Positions 1 to 10,341 of a stretch of 64,000 nt of DNA are shown here, in pieces (position 1 is the first letter of the stretch; every line of letters begins with the position of its first letter). Under the pieces are notes generated by a model. That model was not told where the DNA came from. It ran no database searches and saw only the letters and a program-made list of their open reading frames with translations. The DNA lies in assembly GCA_963754915.1 (NCBI GenBank), contig CAVWHZ010000018.1:279827-343826 (forward strand). The letters are read 5' to 3'. The position numbers and the translations under genes were made by a program. The DNA comes from an uncultured delta proteobacterium (GTDB taxonomy: Bacteria > Myxococcota > Myxococcia > Myxococcales > Anaeromyxobacteraceae).

Positions 1-1
1 G

Positions 2-1489
2 GGGTCAGGGCTGACCTATCTGAGGATCACCGGTATCCAGACCGTCGAGACGTTTGGCGGCGCCACGTACAGCGTGGCCGAGGGCGTTCCCAACCCGTGG
101 AATGTCCTCCCGTACCTAGGAGTCTTGCTGCTCCTCGCATACGTGGTGGACGCCTCCGCGAGGCTATGGCGTCGCGGCAACCGGCGCCGGGCAGCGGTTA
201 TGGGCGGTAGTGCGACAGTCGTCATCTTGGCCGCAGGAGTCCACTCGGCACTGGTGGACGCAGGATTGCTCCGGAGTCCGTATCTCATCAGCTGGTCCTA
301 CTTGGCCCTCATGGCGGCCATGGGCTACGAGCTCACGGCCGACGTCGTATCCGCGGCGAAGCTTACCCTCCAGCTCGAGGAAGGTGAGCGGCGCATGGAT
401 CTTGCCAGCGCCGCTGCCGGTCTCGGGATGTGGACCTGGGACATTGTCCGGGACAGCATCTGGGCAACGAAGAGGGCCCGCTCTCTGTTCAGTCTCTCGG
501 AATCTGAAAGCCTGAACTTGGAGCGCTTCACGAGCGCGCTGCACCCCGACGATCGTGATGCTGTCCGGGACGCCATCGAGCGTTCGTTGAACACCGACCG
601 CGACTACGAGATGGAGTATCGCGCGCAGCTTCCCGACGGGCAGGTTCGCTGGATCGCGGCGCGTGGACAGGTGGAGCGCGACCGCCGAGGAAAGCCGGTC
701 CTCATGCGTGGAGCGGTGCTCGACACTACCGCGCGGCACAGGTCGGAGCTTGAGCTGCAGGAGCTGCGGACCCAGCTCGCACACGCCGGACGCGTCACCA
801 TGATGGGGCAACTTGGCTCAGCGCTCGCACACGAGCTGAGCCAGCCGCTCGGAGCGATCCTGCGGAACGCCGAGGCGGGGGAACTCTTCCTGCAGGCCCA
901 ACCCCCCGACCTCGACGAGCTGCACGCCATTCTCGCTGACATCCGCAAGGACGACCAGCGAGCGGGCGACGTGATCGACCGGCTGCGGGCACTGCTCAAG
1001 CGGCGGAGCATCGAGCCCCGGGCCGTGGCGATGACCAACCTGTTCAGTGGGGTCGCGGCGCTCACGCGGACGGATGCGGCGGCCCGCCACGTTGCGCTGG
1101 TGTTCGAGGCGGGGCCCGATCTGCCGAAGGTCACAGGGGACGCGGTGCACCTGCAGCAGGTTCTGCTCAACCTCGTGATGAACGCAATGGACGCCGTCGA
1201 TGGCTCTATCGCAGGCGAACGTCTTGTTGTGGTTCGGGCACAGCAACTCGACGGCCACGGCATCGAGGTCGTGGTCAGTGACTCGGGACCTGGGATTCCT
1301 AGGGACAAGCTAGAGGCCATCTTTGAGCCGTTCTTCACCACCAAGCCCAACGGCATGGGCATTGGGCTGCCCATTTCGCGCACCATCGTCGAAGCACACG
1401 GCGGGCGCATCTGGGCGGAGAACAACGCGAAAGAGGGGGCAACGTTCCACTTCACCATCCCGGTCGTTGAGGAGGGAGCGAAGACGTGA
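2..1489 (+). CDS. PAS-domain sensor histidine kinase. The reading frame is open to the window edge, so the gene is probably 5'-partial. The first in-window start is GTG at 74.
   Basis: N-terminal TM helices; H-box AHELSQPLGAIL; G-box GMGIGLPISRTIVEAHGGRIWAENN. No stop upstream in frame from nt 2. Its stop overlaps the GTG start of the downstream regulator (GTGA at 1486-1489). Confidence 0.8.
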   Translation, partial: GSGLTYLRITGIQTVETFGGATYSVAEGVPNPWNVLPYLGVLLLLAYVVDASARLWRRGNRRRAAVMGGSATVVILAAGVHSALVDAGLLRSPYLISWSYLALMAAMGYELTADVVSAAKLTLQLEEGERRMDLASAAAGLGMWTWDIVRDSIWATKRARSLFSLSESESLNLERFTSALHPDDRDAVRDAIERSLNTDRDYEMEYRAQLPDGQVRWIAARGQVERDRRGKPVLMRGAVLDTTARHRSELELQELRTQLAHAGRVTMMGQLGSALAHELSQPLGAILRNAEAGELFLQAQPPDLDELHAILADIRKDDQRAGDVIDRLRALLKRRSIEPRAVAMTNLFSGVAALTRTDAAARHVALVFEAGPDLPKVTGDAVHLQQVLLNLVMNAMDAVDGSIAGERLVVVRAQQLDGHGIEVVVSDSGPGIPRDKLEAIFEPFFTTKPNGMGIGLPISRTIVEAHGGRIWAENNAKEGATFHFTIPVVEEGAKT

Positions 1490-2127
1490 GCGTTTCGGTG
1501 CCCGTGGTCCACGTCGTGGACGACGACGGCTCGTTCCTCATCGGCCTGTCGCGGCTGCTACGCGCATCGGGCTACTCGGTCAAGACGTTCTCCTCAGGAC
1601 AGGAGTTTCTCGACCAGCTTGCCGACACGCCCGGATGCGTCATCGCCGACCTGCAGATGCCAGGACTCAATGGGCTCGACCTGCAGGAGGCGCTAACGCG
1701 GACCGGGTCCTCTCTACCGGTGATCTTCCTCTCCGGGCAGGGCGATATCCCGACCACGGTGCGTGCGATGCGACATGGTGCGGAGGACTTCCTCACCAAG
1801 ACTGCCCCGAAGGAGGAAGTTCTGGAAGCGGTTGGGCGCGCTCTTGCCCGCGATGCCCGACAGCGTGAAGAAAGCGCTCGGCTGCAAGCGTTGCGCGCCC
1901 GCTTGGACGTCCTCACGCCTCGAGAGCGCGAGGTGCTTCAACATGTCCTGCGGGGACGCCTGAACAAGCAGATTGCGGCCGAACTCGGTATCCACGAGCG
2001 GACAGTGAAGCTGCATCGCACCGCCATCACCACCAAGCTCCAGGTCCGATCCGTGGCAGAGCTCACGCAGCTCGTCCAGGAGGCGGGCAAGGTCGAGTAC
2101 TCGCCGACCTTCCCCAAAGGGCAGTAG
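1486..2127 (+). CDS. FixJ/NarL-family response regulator (REC domain plus LuxR-type HTH)
   Basis: Receiver motifs VHVVDDD and DLQMPGLNG; C-terminal HTH LTPREREVLQHVLRGRLNKQIAAELGIHERTVKLHRTAI. Start overlaps the kinase stop, suggesting translational coupling. Confidence 0.85.
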   Translation: MSVSVPVVHVVDDDGSFLIGLSRLLRASGYSVKTFSSGQEFLDQLADTPGCVIADLQMPGLNGLDLQEALTRTGSSLPVIFLSGQGDIPTTVRAMRHGAEDFLTKTAPKEEVLEAVGRALARDARQREESARLQALRARLDVLTPREREVLQHVLRGRLNKQIAAELGIHERTVKLHRTAITTKLQVRSVAELTQLVQEAGKVEYSPTFPKGQ

Positions 2128-2340
2128 TCGATCTTCGCCCCAACGCCTAACAGAGCAGCCGGGCGCGAACGGCGTTTTCGCGGACCAGCGCCGCTTCCAG
2201 TGCTGAAGCCCGGCCGTCGTGGTTGGCCCCCATCCTTCTCGTGAAGCCGACCGATCCACTCTGGCCGTCGACGCCGCGTGGGGCCGGGACCGTCATGGTC
2301 TCTACCTCAACTTGCCGAGGTGTTCCGATGCACGACCCGA

Positions 2341-2492
2341 CTCGGCGTCCATGAGCGAACGGTGAAGTGTCAGCCCCTAGGTTGCCACCAACAGGCTTCG
2401 TAAACGATTGGTAGCCGAGTTCACGCTGCTCGCCTGGGACGCAAACGCGAGCTTGCGGCGATTCGGGTACCTTCCCCAAAGGGCAGTAGTCG
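2341..2492 (+). repeat. Degenerate non-coding copy of the last ~150 bp of the FixJ-like gene. It ends with an identical 23-nt block CCTTCCCCAAAGGGCAGTAGTCG.
   Basis: Aligns with 1981-2130 (ctcggcgtccatgagcgaacggtgaag vs ctcggtatccacgagcggacagtgaag; ccaccaa; gagttcacgctgctcg vs gagctcacgcagctcg). The terminal 23 nt at 2470-2492 are identical to 2108-2130. Confidence 0.65.
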
Positions 2493-2790
2493 GAATTTGT
2501 CGCGGCCGTTAGCGTTCGCAGCGGTGAGCCAGGGGTCCTACGAAAGAAGAGGACACGAGCAGCGTCTCGCGACGACCACACAAACCCGAAAGGCGTCCCT
2601 TGTTGGGTAGGGTCTCTGGGCATTGGCTCCGCCCTGGAGCCCTTCCTCTGTTTGACTGCTCCGAAGCGGTCTTCGCAAACGGTGCTAGGCCCAAGCTAGA
2701 AGGCAACGCGCAAAGGGTCGTGGTGACCTATCCGAGCGCGACCATTCATGGCGGAAGGCGCCACACGTGGACTTGGAACGGAGGGAGTCG

Positions 2791-3750
2791 ATGACGCGTC
2801 GCCTAGCAGTGGCTTTCGTAGCCCTGACACTGGCCGTACCCGCACACGCCCAGCTCGCCGGCGACCTTATACGTGGCCAGACCGGTCTCGCTGCCGGCAC
2901 CCAGGGGCCCGAGGGAATCATCCTCACCCCGTTCTTCTACGACTACTACGCGACGACCTTCGTTGGTCCGCGCGGCAACACAGTCCAGGGGACGACTGGC
3001 TCTTTGAATGTCCTCGCGGTGCCAGGGGTGAACCTCTGGTACGTGAGCCCGCTAAAGGTCCTCGGTGCAAACTACGCGGCCGTGCTGTCGATGTGGGGCT
3101 CGTCTCCGACCACCGACTTCCCGAGGCTGAGCGGCACCCAGAGCACGTACGGCTTCGGAGACATGTACCTGAAGCCGGTTGAGCTCGGGTGGCACACCAC
3201 CTACGTGGACGCGATCGCGGGTTTCGCGCTGTGGATTCCCACCGGAAGCTACACGCCAGGCGGGAACAGCAACACTGGTCAGGGGCAGTGGGGCTATGAG
3301 TTCTCGGCGGGAGCCACTGCCTGGTTCGACAAGGACCATCACTTCAACCTGTCCACCCAAGCTTACTACGACATCTATTCCCCGAAGAGCGGCACCATCG
3401 GCCCGAACAACGCCAAGCTCCAGACCGGCAACATCTTCACGCTCATGGGCGGCCTAGGGTACCAGTTCATGGACGGCGCCCTCAACATCGGGATCCCCTA
3501 CTTCTTCCAGTGGAAGGTGACCGACGACACGCTGCCCCCGGGTATCGGCCCCATCCTCCCTGGAATCCAGGCAGCCAAGGCCTGGGACATGGGACTTGGC
3601 GCCGAGGCGGACTTCTTCTGGAGCCAGACCGATGGCGTCGTGCTGCGCTTCGTGCAGAGCTTCTCCGGTAACAACACCACGAACGGGTCTACCTACTTCA
3701 TCTTCTACAACCACATCTTCTACTTCGGCGAGAAGAAGGGTGGTTCATGA
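2791..3750 (+). CDS. Secreted outer-membrane beta-barrel protein (possibly Phenol_MetA_deg-like transporter family)
   Basis: Signal peptide MTRRLAVAFVALTLAVPAHAQ; strong RBS GGAGGGAG 4 nt upstream of ATG 2791; alternating aromatic/Gly-rich beta-strand pattern; C-terminal region YFIFYNHIFYFG. Confidence 0.5.
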   Translation: MTRRLAVAFVALTLAVPAHAQLAGDLIRGQTGLAAGTQGPEGIILTPFFYDYYATTFVGPRGNTVQGTTGSLNVLAVPGVNLWYVSPLKVLGANYAAVLSMWGSSPTTDFPRLSGTQSTYGFGDMYLKPVELGWHTTYVDAIAGFALWIPTGSYTPGGNSNTGQGQWGYEFSAGATAWFDKDHHFNLSTQAYYDIYSPKSGTIGPNNAKLQTGNIFTLMGGLGYQFMDGALNIGIPYFFQWKVTDDTLPPGIGPILPGIQAAKAWDMGLGAEADFFWSQTDGVVLRFVQSFSGNNTTNGSTYFIFYNHIFYFGEKKGGS

Positions 3751-3778
3751 TGCCATTGCACTCACGGGTGGTGTACCG

Positions 3779-4522
3779 ATGACAGTCTCGAACAAGACTC
3801 ATCTGCGGATGGTAGGAATCCTCGGTGCGGCGCCGCTGACGGCACCCGCTCTTGGCGTAGCAGCACCGACGGTCAATCGGCCCAACGTCGTATTCGTCCT
3901 AGCCGACAACGTCGGTTACGGCGACATGGGACCGTACGGCGGCGGGGAGCTACGGGGCTATCCCACTCCAAACACCGATCGGCTCGCCAGCGAGGGGCTT
4001 CGTCTGACGCAGTATCTCGTCGAGGCCTCATGCACGCCGTCACGGTCCGCGCTGATGACGGGGCAATATTCGATCCGCAACGGGCTGTCGCTTGCCACCG
4101 TACCGGGCACGCCCAATACGCTCTCGGGCAAAGCCTACACGATGGGGCAATTGTTCAAGGACGCGGGTTATGCGACAGCCATGTTCGGCAAGTGGCACCT
4201 GGGCATCGAGCCGCAGAGCCTGCCGGGTGCGCATGGCTTCGACGAGTTCTATGGCATCCCGCCGGACACGTCCTGGGACGACGTGTCGACGGTCTCGCAG
4301 ATCATGCTGACGCATGCCTTCGGCAACATCCCCGAGAAGGTTCTGATTGAGAAGGGGCCGTGGATGTGTGAGCAGAAGGGGAATGGACCGTTGCAATCCG
4401 CCCCCGGTCAACCTCACAAACTTCGGGGGGCGCTGAGAGCCTTCGGACAGGGTAGCTCGCGGCTGAGCTGGGCCGCGTGCGAGGGTGCGCGGTACGAACT
4501 GGAAGGCCTACGCGCAGGGTAA
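3779..4522 (+). pseudogene. Truncated arylsulfatase (N-terminal sulfatase domain only, ~247 codons)
   Basis: Signal peptide; sulfatase signature CTPSRSALMTG; GKWHLG. The ORF ends after ~250 aa with a non-sulfatase tail, whereas full-length sulfatases are 450-550 aa. Confidence 0.55.
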
Positions 4523-4591
4523 CCTGCACGACTCACGGTCGCCGCCCGAGGGTCTCCTTGGCGCTCATGCCGTAAGGGAGGTGCACTGATA

Positions 4592-5332
4592 ATGCGGGCC
4601 GGTACGCTCCGCCGACTTGCGGTTGGCGCCGCGGTGACCCTGCTCGCGGCGGAGGCCCGAGGCGATGCCAGCAGTTACTTCGGGCCGGAGCAGCCTTTCC
4701 AAGTCCGGCCCGAGGTCGACGTCTACTATCACATCAGCGAAGACTTCCGGTTGCTCGCCCAGGTCCAATCGACCTTCATCCCCGATGACTCCTACAGTGC
4801 GATAAACGTTGGCGCATATGCCGACTGGATGATCGCGTCCTTGGTCCGTTCGCTCCTCAGTCCGGACCTATCCAAGAACCGCGCGCTGAACCTGAGGCTG
4901 GGGCTCCAGTATGTGACCACCCTGGATCCCGGAACGCTCAAGTCGTCGCAAAATGTCGCGGTTCAGGCTGACATCACGCCCCGGTACTTCCTGCCCTGGG
5001 ACATCCTCATCTCGAGTCGCAATCGCCTCCAGGCGCGATGGGCGCTCGGGACCAGCGACCCCTTCTCCTTCCGCTACCGTTGGCGGGTCCAGCTCGAACG
5101 GGAGTTCGACGTTGGCCGCGTTCCGCTCACTCCCTTCGTCAATGCCGAAGTCGTCTGGACCAGCCCTCCCGCGATGTGGACCCAGTACCGCATGGAAGCG
5201 GGCCTTCAGTACGGCTTCCACTGGTTCGGAAGGGGCCAGATCATCGAGGCAAACTTCACGGTCTTGACCAAGCTCCAGCCCAGTCACAGCTGGTCGCCGT
5301 TGTTAGGGATCGTCTGGTACGTCTACGTATGA
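4592..5332 (+). CDS. Hypothetical secreted protein, possibly a small outer-membrane barrel
   Basis: RBS AAGGGAGG; signal peptide MRAGTLRRLAVGAAVTLLAAEARG; beta-rich composition. Confidence 0.4.
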   Translation: MRAGTLRRLAVGAAVTLLAAEARGDASSYFGPEQPFQVRPEVDVYYHISEDFRLLAQVQSTFIPDDSYSAINVGAYADWMIASLVRSLLSPDLSKNRALNLRLGLQYVTTLDPGTLKSSQNVAVQADITPRYFLPWDILISSRNRLQARWALGTSDPFSFRYRWRVQLEREFDVGRVPLTPFVNAEVVWTSPPAMWTQYRMEAGLQYGFHWFGRGQIIEANFTVLTKLQPSHSWSPLLGIVWYVYV

Positions 5333-5418
5333 ATCGGCGCCACCAGGGCCCCGACGGCCAGGGCTTCAACGTCAATGACCCCGCGGGGTCCGACCTACCC
5401 TACTTAGGCTTTGTGAGG

Positions 5419-5540
5419 GAACGGCGAAGCTGCATCGCTCCACCAGGCTCCATCGAGGACTGGGTGCCGAGTTCACGTAGTTCGCCTCGAATGGCACTAC
5501 CGTGACAGCTACCTAACCTTCCCCAAAGGGCAGGTAGTCG
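5419..5540 (+). repeat. Second degenerate non-coding copy of the FixJ-like gene 3' end. It ends with CCTTCCCCAAAGGGCAGGTAGTCG, immediately upstream of the MBL hydrolase RBS.
   Basis: gaacggcgaagctgcatcgc / gccgagttcacgtagttcgcc align to the regulator's 3' coding sequence; terminal block 5517-5540 matches 2108-2130 with one extra G. Confidence 0.6.
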
Positions 5541-5561
5541 GCACTCAAGAAGGGAGCAAGT

Positions 5562-7037
5562 ATGGATATCTCTGAAGGAGCCCCAAAGATGAAAAGCCCA
5601 CGAAGACGAGGCATTCCAGCCGCCGCGCTCGCATTCGTGCTTGTGGCATTCAGTGACCCAACTATCGCCTCGGCGCAGGAGAAGCCGAGCTCCGAGCAGG
5701 ACATCAAGGCAGCGCTCTTCGGCGGCGTTCCCATGGGGCGCTGGAAGGAAGGGCTCCTGTTCGAGGGCATCTCACCACAGCCGTGGCTGAAGAGCGCTGC
5801 GAACTGGTTCCCGCGCACCGAAGACGTCCAGCCCAACGAGATGCGCATCATCTTCATGGGAACCGCGCCATTCATCCGGCCGGGTCAGATGAACACATCG
5901 ATCCTGGTCCAGCTCGGCAACGGTGAAAACTTCATCTTCGACCTCGGCGAAGGGTCGGTCGCGAATTACATCGCATCCGGTTTCGCGCTGAACGAGCTGG
6001 ACAAGATCTTCATCACGCACCTCCACGTCGACCACTTCGGCGCACTGCCGTACTTGTATGAATTCGGCGGATGGGCTGGGCGCTGGCACAAGGTGCTCCA
6101 GGTGTATGGCCCGTCAGGACGCTCCCCGAAGTACGGTACCGCCGCTATGGTCGCCGGCATGAAGCAGATGCTCGCGTGGCACGACGACGCCTTCAGCGTC
6201 TTCCCGGTCGGAAAGGGCCACGACATCGAAGTCCACGAGTACGACTTCCGCGACAATGGCGGAGTCGTCTACAACAAGAACGGCGTGCGTGTGATTCACT
6301 GGCAGCGCTCGCACGCCAAGGACGGTGCGTCGGGTTATCGCCTCGACTGGAACGGCCTCTCCTTTGTCTGGACCGGCGACGGCCGGCCAAGCGACCTCGA
6401 CTTGAAATACGCGAAGGGCGTGGACGTCTATGTCACCGAGACGCAAACCGAGCTCTGCGAGATCAGCTCCGGTGTGCAGGGCGTGCCGCCGTTCCTCGCG
6501 CGTTACACGGTCGACACGCACCACACGCCGGGGTACGCGGCGGGCTACCTGGCCAACCAGATCAAACCCCGGATGTTCATGACGACGCACATGCCCTTCG
6601 ACCCCTACCTCAACGAGGAGACGGTGGCCGAGGTGCGTGAGCACTGGCAGGGCCCGTACCACTTCGGGGCGCCCGACGGAGTTGTGGTCAACGTGACGAA
6701 GGACAAGATCTGGGTGCGAGAAGGCATCATCCCCAAGTTCCCCAACTCTCGAGCGCCCCAGTTCGACTTCTCCAAGGGACAGCTCGTCGTCCCGCATCCG
6801 CCCACCTCGCGCAAGGAGATCCAAGAGCCCTTCGTGCGCGAGCATGAGATCGATCCGAACCTGTACTACCCGAAGGACTACCACCCCGGGTTGCTGCCAG
6901 AGTGGCCGGTAGCGGGCGACCTCGTGGTCCCAATACAGATCATGCCGCCCAAGATGCTGACCAGCATGGGTGAGGCGTGGCGCAAGCAGCAGGAGTACCT
7001 AGAAGCGCAGAAGAAGGAGACGGCGACACCAAAGTGA
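5562..7037 (+). CDS. MBL-fold metallo-hydrolase with an N-terminal Tat-like signal
   Basis: HxHxDH motif ITHLHVDHFGALPY; N-terminus MKSPRRRGIPAAALAFVLVAF...ASAQE; RBS AAGGGAG. Confidence 0.75.
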   Translation: MDISEGAPKMKSPRRRGIPAAALAFVLVAFSDPTIASAQEKPSSEQDIKAALFGGVPMGRWKEGLLFEGISPQPWLKSAANWFPRTEDVQPNEMRIIFMGTAPFIRPGQMNTSILVQLGNGENFIFDLGEGSVANYIASGFALNELDKIFITHLHVDHFGALPYLYEFGGWAGRWHKVLQVYGPSGRSPKYGTAAMVAGMKQMLAWHDDAFSVFPVGKGHDIEVHEYDFRDNGGVVYNKNGVRVIHWQRSHAKDGASGYRLDWNGLSFVWTGDGRPSDLDLKYAKGVDVYVTETQTELCEISSGVQGVPPFLARYTVDTHHTPGYAAGYLANQIKPRMFMTTHMPFDPYLNEETVAEVREHWQGPYHFGAPDGVVVNVTKDKIWVREGIIPKFPNSRAPQFDFSKGQLVVPHPPTSRKEIQEPFVREHEIDPNLYYPKDYHPGLLPEWPVAGDLVVPIQIMPPKMLTSMGEAWRKQQEYLEAQKKETATPK

Positions 7038-7182
7038 CTCGGTCGTGAACCACGCTGGCCGCCTCTCAGCCAGCCCGAGCTCGGGAGGCTAGCCGGGCTC
7101 GGGCGCGCCGATTGCGCCGAGGTGGCTCTGCAGCCGGGCTAGCCAGCCCTGTTCCGAGTTGGGACGTGGACCAGCCGGCTGA

Positions 7183-8749
7183 ATGTTTGGGGAAAATATT
7201 GTGCACAGGCCTTCTCGGTACAACTGTCGGGGACGCCCCGTCCTGCGCCGCAGGCGGGCCAGCTCATCTTCGCCCACCATCTCGTGGAGTCAGCTCCAAC
7301 AATTAGGCCGGCCGGCCGCAGCGGCGGCTCTGTTGTGCGTCGTCGCGCTCGGTGGGTCTGCCCGTGCCCAGGTGACTGAGTCTGAGTCGCCAAAAACAGT
7401 AATCGAGCTGCCGCCAAAAAACGAGGTCCCGCGCGAGGAGACGCCTTCGGGAAGGCCGCCCGCGATCAGTTGTGACGCAACCTCAAAGTGCGCCGCGCAG
7501 CTCGGATACGGAAACGTCTGCTCTGACGGTCGGTGCATGGAGTACGTCGACCGCACGGATATCATGGACCTCTTCACCAAGGGACCGCAGAAGCAGGCCG
7601 AGCCGGTGGCCTACAAGCTGTACCCCTCCATCATCCCCGCCATCGGTTACAACCCGGCGCTCGGGTTTCTCATCGGCGTGGTCTCGAAGCTCGGCATGTA
7701 CCTGGGCAACCCGGCCGATACCACGATTCTCCAATGCCTCGGCGCTTGTCCTCATCACGACGAAGAAGCAGCTCGTCATCCAGATCGGGACCACTCTCCT
7801 CACGGCCCGAAACGAGTGGGAACTCGTGGGCGACTGGCGCTTCCTCCTCTACAACCAGGACACGTATGGCTTGAGCACGGGCACTCCTCTCGTGGGGACA
7901 GGGTTCACCCTCTCGGGCTGGGGCACCACGACGCCCATATCCGGCGCCCAGCCAATGAAGTTCGACTTACTGCGCTTCCACCAGGTGGCCCTGCGGAAAG
8001 TGTGGGGCGACCTGTACCTGGGAGCCGGGTATCGCCTGGACCGCTACTACGCCATCGTGGACGAGTCGCTCAATCTCACGGCGCCAAATCCGACCATTAC
8101 GAGCCACTACGCCTACAGCCGCTACTACGGCTTCAACCCCGCCGAGTACACGCTTTCGGGCGTGACGCTCAACGCGACGTATGACAGTCGCGACTCCACC
8201 ATCAACACCTACCGCGGCTATTACGGGGCACTCAGCTTCGGAGGACTCCCCACCTGGCTGGGGAGCAGCAAGGGCAGCACGGGGTTTGGGGCGGACCTGC
8301 GCGCGTTCGTCGGCCTCTCCGAGGACGTTCCCCGCAATGTGCTCGCCTTTTGGTTTGTCGCGTGGGGCGTGACGAGCGGCGTCCAGCCGTACCTCGCCCT
8401 CCCATCCACTGGTTGGGACGCGGCGGGCACGACCGGCCGCGGCTACATCCAGGGGCGCTTCCGAGGCCCCTGGATGCTTTATGCCGAGGCCGAGTGGCGG
8501 TTCGCCATCACGAACAATGGCTTGTTCGGAGGAGCCGTCTTCGTGAACGCCGAGACTCTCAACCGTCCCGCATTCAACTACCAGAGCGTGAACGAGCCGG
8601 CGGTGAACCTGTTGCAGTACGTGCGCCCGGCGGGAGGAATCGGGGCGCGGATAATGCTGACGAAGGAGTCGCGAACGAACCTGCGAGTGGACTTCGCCGC
8701 GGGAGTGAACTCCTTTGCTGTCTACCTCGGCGCGGGCGAGGCCTTTTGA
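7183..8749 (+). pseudogene. Omp85-like (surface-antigen type) outer-membrane beta-barrel with N-terminal Cys-rich motif, frameshifted near nt 7726
   Basis: Frame 1 (7183..) carries CDATSKCAAQLGYGNVCSDGRCMEYVDRTD...GYNPALGFLIGVV...NPADTT. Frame 2 (7472..8749) continues with the rest of the protein and ends ...LRVDFAAGVNSFAVYLGAGEAF. Both parts are collinear with the intact paralog at 33318-34709. A single extra A after codon ACG(7723-7725) explains the shift. True start is uncertain (ATG 7183 or GTG 7204). Confidence 0.55.
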
Positions 8750-8771
8750 CCCAAGACACGGAAGGTCATCC

Positions 8772-10320
8772 ATGAACCTCCAGAACCGCATCTGCACCTC
8801 GCTTCTATCTGTGGCGCTCTTGTCCGCTCCTTTCGTTGCTGCACAGGCGCAGACCCCAATTCCTCAGCCGATCACGACGCCGAACAAAGTCCAGACGCGC
8901 TTAGGCACACTCGAGTTCAAGGATGGCGCGCCGACCAAGGCCACTCTGGAGAAGGTCTATGAGAACCTCGACCTGATACACGGTGAAGAGGCTTTCTTGA
9001 ATGCCTTCCGCGGCGCCTCACTCGAGGCTGCGCGCAAGGGTTTCATAGGGGTAGGTGGAGAAGACAACACCGTCCTTATCTTCTCAGAGTTGATGGACTC
9101 GAAGTCTCTGTTTCTGACGGCAAATGCCGACACGATTTATTTCGTCAGCTTTATTGACCTCAGCAAGGGTCCGACCATCGTAGAGACGCCGCCACTGTCG
9201 CTCGGAGCCTTCGACGACATGTGGTTTCGTTGGGTCATCGACTTCGGCTTGCCCGGTCCGGATCGCGGTGCGGGAGGAAAGTATCTTCTGGTACCGCCCG
9301 GCTACAAAGGGGATCTTCCCGACAGCGGCTTCTACGTGGCCCGGTCGCGCACGACAAAAGTCCTGCTCCTGGGGCGATCTTTCCTGGAGAACAACGACCC
9401 CAAGCCGCCAGCCGACCTCATCAAGAAGACGCTCAAGATCTACCCCTACCAGCCGGGAGGCTTTGGCACGAGCATCGCCACCGCGCTGGAAGGCAAGGTG
9501 CCGCTGCTCCGCAACCCCAATGGCCAGCTGGACTGGGCCTTCCTCAGGCCGCAACCGCCGGCAAAGCATGGATCCGGAGATCCTTGGGTCACTCGCGGCC
9601 ATCGGCATTGTGAAGGGCAAGCCGTTCAATCCCGATGCTCGGATGAAGAAAATTCTCGAGGAGGCGGTCGCGACGGCCAATGCAACCGCACGGGCGATCG
9701 TGTTCAACCCGCGCGAGTCTGAGGGATTCTACTATTACCCCGGCTCGGCGTGGCAGAACTCGCTCTGGGTTGGGGGCTACAACTTCGAGACGCCGCCGCC
9801 GCAGGTGAGTCCGGAAGGTGCCATCAAGCCCTACCCGCGCACCGGGGCGCGCACCCTCGATTCTCGAACCGCGTTCTTCTACTACGCCACTGGCGTTAGT
9901 CCAGCGATGATCATGAACCTGTCCGAGATCGGTTCGCAATATCTGTGGACTTTCGTGGACGCGGACAAGCACTACTTCGACGGGTCGAAGACATACAAGG
10001 TGACGCTGCCGCCGAGCATCCCGGCGGGAAAGTTCTGGTCGTTGACGCTGTACGACAACCAGAGCCGCTCGATGCTCCAGACGCCCCAGCGATTCCCTCG
10101 CTCCGGCAGTCAAGCCTTCCCTACTCCGGCTGCGGTCGCGAGCGCGGATGGCTCAACGGTCGTCTATTTCAGCGCGAAGAAGCCCGCCGGCCTGAACGAC
10201 GGCAACTGGATCCAGACGGCTCCGGGCAAAGGCTTCAGCGTGATGCTCCGCCTCTACAGTCCGCTCGAGCCCTTCTTCACCAAGTCGTGGCGGCCGAGCG
10301 AAGTCGAGCTGGTGAAGTAG
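8772..10320 (+). pseudogene. DUF1254/DUF1214-type secreted protein, disrupted by a ~86-bp deletion/frameshift near 9575. The C-terminal half could still be made from ATG ~9580.
   Basis: N-terminal half (frame of 8772) and C-terminal half (frame of 9268) are each ~70% identical to the intact paralog 10342-11985. About 29 codons present in the paralog (FVEGSGRVMNTIPPNDFSYFTMINDLVQREPAESL) are missing at the junction. Confidence 0.6.
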
Positions 10321-10341
10321 CCGACGGAAGGGGAACGCGCG

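Noticed and set aside
2108-5540. Interpretation of the triplicated gene 3' end as attL/attR of an integrative element
   Set aside because: No integrase or recombinase lies between the copies, and similarity decays gradually over ~150 bp instead of forming a sharp identical core. The observation is kept as a finding without the att interpretation.
6114-6884. 256-aa ORF on the - strand
   Set aside because: Antisense to the MBL hydrolase.
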